A DNA stretch of 34,640 nucleotides from Candidatus Bathyarchaeota archaeon (GTDB taxonomy: Archaea > Thermoproteota > Bathyarchaeia > Bathyarchaeales > Bathycorpusculaceae), in NCBI GenBank assembly GCA_963768425.1, contig CAVYHV010000003.1, forward strand, positions 1 to 34,640, in the 5' to 3' direction. The notes under the pieces were generated by a model. That model saw nothing but the letters and a program-made list of their open reading frames with translations, was not told the origin of the DNA and did no database searches. Position 1 is the first letter of the stretch. Every line of letters starts with the position of its first letter. A program made the translations under genes and the position numbers. This document shows positions 26,995 to 34,640 of the stretch, one piece after another.

Positions 26995-29451
26995 TCAAGT
27001 TATCTTACGTTTTCTTGCTGTTGCCATTAAGCATAATGACACTGCAATAAATAGTATAAAAATTGCCAGTAATGATGGAAACTCTGGAGTTATCGGAGAT
27101 GGCGTATTAGCTGTACTATAAACGGTTGCCAATTGAGCATTACTGTTAAGCTCAATAGCTTGTTCATCTAAGTCCATTCCATTATTGCTGCTTTCTAAAA
27201 CTATTGTATTGTTGCCGTGGGAAATGTCGATTGCAGGTATGTCAAAAGTATATGTTTGGCCAATAGTGCTCATGTAAATGGTGTCGACAGGGTTTCCTTT
27301 GTTTTGCGAAAATGAATCGTAATCGCTTACAATATTTGGAATTGAGTAAGCGGTTACATATGTTGGATTGATTACGGCTTCCGTTTTTACCGTTAGGGTA
27401 TAGTAGTTTGATTTTGCATTGGTCGGTATAATGGTAGTGTCAAAGGTGTAAAAACAGACTATTTTTACTCCGTCACTGAACATTATCATCGGTGTTCCAC
27501 TGGCACCGCCTATACTTTCAAATCCACCATAGGACAGCGGAAACATTGTTACAGAGGTCACAAGTCCATTTTTGGAGATTATTGGTGTCGGAACAGGCGT
27601 TGGTGTTGTTTGTGATGGTGTTGGCGATGAAGTAGGATTTGTAGTTGGTTGTTGAGTAGGCGTTGGTGAAGGAGATGGTGAAGGGCTTGGGCTTATGGTT
27701 GGCGTTGGCGTAGGTGTTTGTAATGGAGTAGGTGTGGCTACAGCAGTGGGTGAAGGTGTTGGAGTTGGCGTGGGGGTTGCAGTTGGTTCAGGAGTAGGGG
27801 TTGGTGTGAGCGTTGGATTAGGAGTGGGTGTTGGAGTAGGCGTTGGGCTTGGTGAAGGAGAAGGTGTAGGAGTTGCCGTGGGGGTTGGAGTTGGAGCTGG
27901 GGTAGAGGCACTTATGCTTCCAACCTGCATCGTGCTGTCGTATGTTCTGAGCCCGATTGCGCCCGAAGCAAAAGTTGAGTCTGTCGTGGTTAAAACAAGA
28001 ACATTGTTTACATTTAATGTAATAGTGCTTCCTTGAGCAACAACCTGTAAGGAGTAAGTTCCAGCGCCATTAGATGATGCAGTTCCAGAACCTTTTATTT
28101 CAGAGTATGTTCCGCCAACGACTTTACTTATACTGTATTGATGCCCCCAGTCACCTATGCCTGCCCAATAGAAATCGTTTGAATCGCTGAATCTGAAAAC
28201 AATGCTGGCTTCTCCTCCTGCAGATATGGTAACAGGTGTAGTTATTTGATAGTCTGTCCATGAACTGGGACCAGCATACATTAAAGCCTCTGCAGAACTT
28301 GACCCTTGCACTCCACCGCTTGTTGGTGTCCATGTGCCGTCTACAATAGTCCAAGCATTCAGATTAGCAAAGTTATCATTAAACGGCAATGTTGGAGTTG
28401 GCGTTGGAGTAGGTATTGACGTTGGAGTGGGTGTTGGTGAAGGCGTTGGTGTCGGTGTAAAGGTTGCTGATATTGTAGTTACCCCCCGAACGTTTTGGAT
28501 ATTATAGGAGCTAACTGCGCCAACGGAAGTTCCGTTAACCGCAACATCAAGGATATCATAATCAGTGTTAGGTGTTATAGTGAAGCTTTTACCGCCGCCA
28601 TAATTAAGGCTAAAAATTCCACTTGGAGAAATAGAACCACCGGCACCAGCAGAAGCATTAATGCAAATTGGAGCCTCAAAGTTAGGTTCGGTTAAAAATG
28701 GAACAAAATTAATGACACCGAAATTAAAATCATCCTTAAAATCATACATTGTTTGGTTAATTGCCTGAGAATCAGTTGCACCCCACCAATTATTGGGTAC
28801 ATCAATGTTGTTTGAGATACCGTTGTATACATTGTACTGATTGTTATAGATATTGTTGTAAAATATACTAGCCGATGAACTATCTACCTCTATCCCTGTA
28901 CCTGTTGGGTTACCAATAATAGTGTTGTTTTCTATCGCTGGGCTTCCTCCTGCAGAAATGCCTAGCGAACAATTATAAATTAGATTATTGGTAATTTGGT
29001 CGTTGTCTCCTGTTTCAATACCACGACCGCAGCCTGTTAAGATGTTGCCAAAAATTTCAGCGGCTGCATTAGTATTTTCATAATCGGCACAAAGGATTCC
29101 ATCGCCTCCCTCTCCTTGGACTCCAAATCCCTCAATTGTATTATTTGAAATAATCGGAGAACCTGAAACTGGTAATTCTGAATAAACTGAGATTCCCGTT
29201 GGGGCAGGTATATTCAATGCCGTTGATTGAAGCAAAATATTGTTATTTGATATTATTGGTGATCCTCCGCTTATTTGTATTGCACAACTTTGATAATTGT
29301 CATCAATGCAGAATACTATAGTATTATTATCTATCTTAGGCGACGCATTTTGTATGTTAATAGCATAGGTTCCTCCATGTTGTACTGTCATGACTGCATT
29401 TTCGATAATGCAGCCAGTTCCACTCTGTTCATTCCAACTGTTACTCAAGGG
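26995..29451 (-). pseudogene. 5'-truncated cell-surface protein (beta-helix repeats, beta-sandwich domains, Pro/Thr linkers, PEF-CTERM anchor)
   Basis: ISNNxI repeats, NNWWG motif, long PT repeats, C-terminal PEF + TM + basic tail; no signal peptide, and the ORF's first 15 codons lie inside the IS end. Confidence 0.8.
27585..27905 (-). repeat. Pro/Thr/Ser low-complexity coding repeat
   Basis: Degenerate 6 bp repeats encoding (PT)n and (PS)n linkers. Confidence 0.85.
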
Positions 29452-30577
29452 GGCTTTGGGACAAAAGTTCTTTGAGCTAATTTCTTCGTTGCCCATTGAG
29501 TGAATGTTCAGAAGATAAGATATGCTTTTTGTAATCTAGAATCACACGAAAAAAGACTATGATAACCTTATAACTAGCTCAACGCTTTAGCGTTTCAACC
29601 ATGAAGCTGATGGTCAAAAGCGCTAAAGAAATGCTAGCAGTTCTTGACGAAACCAAAGAAGACATTCTTTAAAGATAGAAAATGCACCTACCCCTACACC
29701 GAGTGGGAACACAAACGAGCCCAAGTCAAAGAGCGGCTCCACCGCCTCCCAGAATACATCCACCAAGCCGTAGAAGCCATAAACAGAGAAGAGCAGAAGA
29801 TGGGCAGGCCGCCAAAACTTGACCTGGAAAAGAAAGTTAACCTGTTCATACTGGTGAGGTTTCTCAATAAATCTAACCGTAACGCAGAGGAATCACTGCA
29901 GTATTTTCAGCCCCTCTTCGGAGTTGACGTCAGCTACAAGTACATAGAACGCCTCTACAGCGACCCAGAAGTCAAACTGGCACTTCATAACTTGTTTGTT
30001 TTGCTGCTAAAAGAAGAGGGAGCCAGCGGCGATTTAGCTGGGGATGGAACAGGCTACTCTGTTAGCGTTGAAAATCATTACCGAAGTGACCCCAAAAAGT
30101 ATGGTAAGAAGTATGTTCATTTCTTCTCGCTGATTGATCTTGCAACAGGGATGTATGTTGGCTGCGGCGTATCGCGGCTGTCGGAGTGGGATGCTTTCTC
30201 TAAAGCGGTCGCAATGATTAAGACGATTGGGGTAGCGGTGAAGTCAATTCGTCTTGATAAGTACTTTAGTACACGAAAGGTGATCAGAATGTTTGATAGG
30301 TCGGTTTCTTTGTTTTTGATTCCTAAGAAAAACATTGCAAGGATCGGTGCTTGGGCTGATATTTTAGCTAGGATGATGGCTTCTCCGGTTGATTTTCTTA
30401 TCGGAATATTTTCATAGGAATGTGTGTGAGAGCGGTTTTTCAGCTGACAAAGGACGATTTGGAAGAACAATCAGGCAGAAAAGAGAAGACAGGCAACAGA
30501 CAGCGCTCTTCTCAAACGCCTTTTTCCATAATCTCTACGCCATAAGAATTAACCCAAAATAGTTTTGTCCCAATGCC
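29452..30577 (+). mobile_element. Insertion sequence, ISNCY/ISA1214-like
   Basis: 17 bp TIRs GGCTTTGGGACAAAAGT (29452-29468) and GGCATTGGGACAAAACT (reverse complement of 30561-30577); no TSD seen. Confidence 0.85.
29601..30562 (+). CDS. DDE transposase, ISNCY/ISA1214-like (two frameshifts)
   Basis: VSYKYIERLYSDPEV, GDGTGY, RLDKYFS, and RNVCESGFSADK in the downstream frame; shifts near 29655 and 30400. Confidence 0.85.
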
Positions 30578-30877
30578 GACTGCTGATTGATAGGGAGACT
30601 GCAAGTCAAAGTTCATAAGCGCCGCTAAAACAAGATAATATTCACGAAAAATAGAAAAAGAAAAGAAAAAAATAGTCTTTTAAGATGCTGGAGCAGCTGC
30701 AGGAACTGAGGAAGGCGGAGTTGGAGATGCGGGTGTTGGATCCGAAGCTGGTAATTGTTTCGAGGCTTCTGTGACGATGCTTTCTATTTGTGATAGTAGT
30801 TGGGTTGGGACAACTCTAATTCAGATTTGAAAATTGAAAAAACAAAAAAGAAAGGGAAGGTTTGTTGCTTCTTTGGT

Positions 30878-33692
30878 TTATGGCCGTTTTCTTGTGACGA
30901 GAATTGCGAGAACTGCGCCGATTATGATTATGACGATGATGATGGCGATGCCTATGTATTCAAGTGTGGTTTGTGTGGCAATCCGCTGAGCGGTGTTGCT
31001 GTCGGTGCTGGTGTTGCTGCTGGGGAGCTGGCGTAGAAGCCTGTTGAAGCGGTAGATCCGTAGTATGATTGTGTGCCTGCGAAGGTGGCATAGACTGTGT
31101 AGTTGCCTTGGATATCTGGTTTCCATGTGAATGAGTAGTCGCCTAAGCCGTTGGTGGTGGTGGAGCCGATTGTTCGGTAGTTGCCGTTTGCATCTATGAC
31201 CGAAATGTCACTGGGACACCGGTTACGTTGTGTGGCTCTGGCTGCTGCATGTAAACAGACTCCATGAACTGCGTCATGCTTGCGTCGGAAACGCATGGTA
31301 AGCCATTGGGGAAGTTCGCCGCAACTGCCTGTTGTGATGCGCCTGCAGAGATGTCGGTGACTGAACCAGTCATTGTGATCGGTGTTGTGGTGGTTACGCC
31401 AACGTTGAGGTGCGCTAACAGTTGTTTTGCTTGGTCCCTTGCCGTAAGCGTATATCTGGTTGTCATAAGCGTTTAGTGTTGTCATGACGCCGTCTGAAAT
31501 AGCTGGGGCACTCGTAACGTCAAAAGCCAGTATGCTCCAACCAGTTTCCCATTGGTGCAGTTTATTGCCAGTTGACTCGCTCCAGTAATAAGCGGTGGAC
31601 TGTACTGATGACCTTCAGGAACGAACAGCATTCCATCAGCAACATGTTCCTACGGTGAAGGTCCATAGTGGCCATACTCCATAAGGAGTGTTAGATCCAG
31701 CAAGACCGCTTAATGTGTTTGTATTCGTATACCACAAGACGGCTCCTGTTGCCATGTTTATAGCCCATACGTCTCCTCCGAAGCCCCACGTATAAAGTAC
31801 GCCGTTAGCAAGAACAGCCATATATCCGCCATTGCTATCAAAGGCATTAGCAGGACCTCCATTGGCACCTGTGAGAGCAGTTGTCCACACTTGCGAACCT
31901 GTGTTGAGACTGTAACCAGTAAGTGTAGCCGTCGCTAAGTTGACCTCAGCGTAGTCTCCATCTCCGATTCCAATCAATTCCAGCCTCGTAAGGGGTGTTT
32001 CAGTTCGGTTTGCTATCCATAGCTGTTGTCCTGTAGTTGCGCTGTAGCCAGCTTCAATCTGGAATCCAGTGGTGAAGCCTGTCGCAGGTGCTACTGCAGA
32101 AGTCAAAAGACATACACCACTATCGATAGAGCCAACATTGAGAACAGTGTTGGAAAACGAAAGTGTGCCTGGTAAAGAAGCACCTGAAATGTTATTAGCT
32201 AATGGCGCAGCCCACATTATTCCATTTGAGAATGGAAGGAGGCAATTTAGTGCAGGTCTCCAAACCCACAATGAGAATCCTGAAGGTTGACCGCTAGGGT
32301 ATTCGATACATTGTGTCGAATTCCAACATTCTAGTAAAGCGCTGCCTGGGGGGTTAGTTACCGGTTTACCCTGGATTATTTGTGTGCCAGCAGTAGCGTT
32401 AACGTAGTAGCCTATCAAGTCTCCACCTTGATCTTCCGTAAGCGTCATTGAAGTGCCGTTGACTATGCTGAGTACATAGTTCCCCGTCCGCGCATCATAC
32501 ATGTTCCATGTGGTTCCAGTAAGAGTGTTGGTCGTTAGCGCGGTGGTGTATGTGGATCCAGTAATTGTGTATCCCGTTGCTGTTATTATTGAGTCCGTGG
32601 ATACTTGTGGGGTATCCGGTGGTCCATAGGTATGTCAGGGATCCATACTGGTTAGGTGATGTGTAATCAAGGATTTGTCCGCATTTTAAAATCGGAGTTG
32701 TGAATCCTGTGGGTGGAGTGTCTGTCCAAACTGTTTGTCCGGTTTTCAAGTTTACAGCCGTAAAGCCTGTTGGGTCTTGTATGCTTCCTGGATACAGTTC
32801 GTAGTAGAGGATGCCGTCTATGATTATTGGTGCAAATTTAGGCTCATACTCAGAAGTTGAATAGAAATTGCCTGTGCTGGTTCCTCCGAATTCTCCACCG
32901 ACTACGCCTCCAGCTGCGACGGGCATTGTCCACAGAATGTGAGAGGTGGTTGGTGCTAAAGTATAGGGATTATAGTTTGCGCTGGCATTGTACCCTCCGG
33001 TTGTCGCAAATGAATCTACACCGAGACCAAGCCAGTTACCGCTAATACTATACCATAAGCCGTTAACTGATTCTATTGGACGAGTCCAGTAGCTTGTTGC
33101 AAGTGGAGTTTGGGGATACCGAATATCGGGGTCTGTTGCACAGTGACCGTTGCTATATTGCTAGTGGAAGGTTCCATATAGTCGCCGACGTAAGAGGGAC
33201 CGTTAATGTCGTAGGGTAATGTAGAGAGCAGTGATAGACCTTGAGCCGCGCGTTGCTGGTTTTGAGAACGGCATATCCCGTGCCGCCTGTTAAAGTTTGT
33301 CCTGGATAGCTCATCTGGAAAGTGTAATTGCCGAGCACGACTAGGGGTAAACTGAGTAGTTGTTCCTCCCGTATCATCAGAAGTGAATGGTCCCAGCGTC
33401 TGAGTGGTTCCATCTGGCTTTGTAACAGTCACCTTAAGATTCTGATATCTATCGCCCAAACGATGTTTGCGGTTGGCGGTGGTAAATCAATCCAGAAGTC
33501 AACAGTAACTGATCGGCCGATACCTGCGGGATTAGGATTTACAGTAATGAAAGCGTAAGTAGGGATTGATATTTTACCTGGTGATAGAGTTTGCGCGTTA
33601 GCGTTTGGTATTAGCATCATTGAAGCTGACATTGAAATTGTTAAGAATATCGCAATCACAATTGTTCCAATTCTGTTTTTTGTTTTTAACAT
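30878..33692 (-). CDS. Large PQQ-type beta-propeller surface protein, broken by several frameshifts
   Basis: Signal peptide, PNPAGIG, LGPFTSDDTGG, propeller blades (AINMATGAVLW), NAYDNQIYAYGKGPS, C-terminal TM with RKR; pieces are collinear across frames. Confidence 0.85.
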
Positions 33693-33893
33693 TTTTTTCT
33701 TTCCTTCTTCGATGGAAAGACCACGTTCCAAGTTATATTTAATATTTTCCAGTCCTACCGCTCATCAACTGTTTTTATTTTGTTTTAAAGCGTATTAAAG
33801 AAATATTTGCTATATCACTCCTCAAAAATCAATTTTCGGATTTGAAAACAACACTTATTTATCCATAATAGGCATTATAGTGAAAGACCAGTT

Positions 33894-34640
33894 ATGCCTT
33901 TAAAGAACACAATTGATGACATTGACCTCCAAATCTTAAAGCAATTAGAAGCTGATGTAGAACTGATTTGAAAGACATAGCTGAGAACTGTTATCTTACG
34001 TCAAGTACAGTTCTAAAAAGAGTTGAAAAACTCAGAGACAAGAAAGTTATCGTCGGAACGGAGCTCGTGCTCAAAAAGGGCGTTTTGGGATACGCGTTGG
34101 ATGCAACGGTCGCAATTTCGGCAGAAAACTCTAAGGTCGATCAAATTGCCCAAAAAGTAAGATCCATCCCAAATGTCATGGTCTGTACAAAAAGCATTGG
34201 AAGATACAACCTGTTTTCACATGTGTTCGCAAAGAATCTGGCTGATATGGATAACGTAACTCATAAAATCAAGGACATAGACGGGGTAAAAGCGGTCTCA
34301 ACTAATATTTATATCGATGATTCGTCTGAACCAAATGAAATTTACTCTCAAAACCCATTCGATTTAGACGACATCGATTTAAGAATAATTGACGAGCTGT
34401 TAAAAGATGCCCAAGCGCCGTTTATTAGAATCGCCAAAACTTTAAGTATTTCTCCTGAGACGGTTCGAAAACGATTTGAAAAATTAAGAAAAGACGGCAT
34501 AGTCATAAGGTGTTCTATAGTGGTTGATCGCTCCAAAATAGGATATCAGGGAGCATGCTTCATCCTAATTTCTTGCTCCAAGAATGAATCCGTTCAGTCA
34601 ACGATGAATACTTTGAAAGGATTACAAATATTCAAACATG
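33894..34640 (+). CDS. Tandem-domain Lrp/AsnC regulator (frameshift near 33960; runs off the window)
   Basis: IDDIDLQILKQL...STVLKRVEKL and a second LDDIDLRIIDELLKDAQAPFIRIAKTLSISPETVRKRFEKL domain. Confidence 0.85.

Noticed and set aside
27585-28460. Tandem repeats as a CRISPR or non-coding array
   Set aside because: They are degenerate codons for Pro/Thr linkers inside a surface protein; no repeat-spacer pattern.
2677-34000. Many frameshifts (hjc, mcm, integrase, transposase, PQQ protein, Lrp) as programmed frameshifting or mass pseudogenisation
   Set aside because: They are single-base indels, several in short homopolymers, in both element and host genes, with no in-frame nonsense codons seen; sequencing or assembly error is more likely. 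Raw reads would decide.

Overview
Archaeal DNA, most likely Bathyarchaeia (inferred from an archaeal MCM, Hjc, TFB-type zinc ribbons, a PEF-CTERM surface protein, a PQQ-type propeller surface protein and a tandem Lrp regulator). Bases 1 to about 26550 are a GC-richer integrative mobile element whose left end is outside the window. It has four parts: (1) a replication/recombination operon (two ParB-like proteins, an SSAP-like protein, Hjc-like resolvase, CdrS/aCcr1-like RHH, MCM, candidate origin); (2) a membrane-protein operon ending in an FtsK/HerA-superfamily ATPase, with no recognisable capsid gene; (3) a minus-strand cassette with an ATP-dependent DNA ligase and a divergent Ku-like protein, in which unrelated proteins share an N-terminal peptide MxYxPKxTSQYGxR; (4) a tyrosine integrase. 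Nested in it is a 3.18 kb non-autonomous IS6-type cargo transposon (11689-14868; bipartite TIRs, 8 bp TSD with one mismatch) carrying a two-gene PD-(D/E)xK module that may be a defence system. From about 26600 the DNA is host-like: an IS-truncated surface protein, an ISNCY/ISA1214-like IS, a PQQ-propeller surface protein and an Lrp/AsnC regulator. Many genes carry single-base frameshifts, several in homopolymers, which are probably assembly errors. All family calls come from motif recognition by eye; no database search was run.
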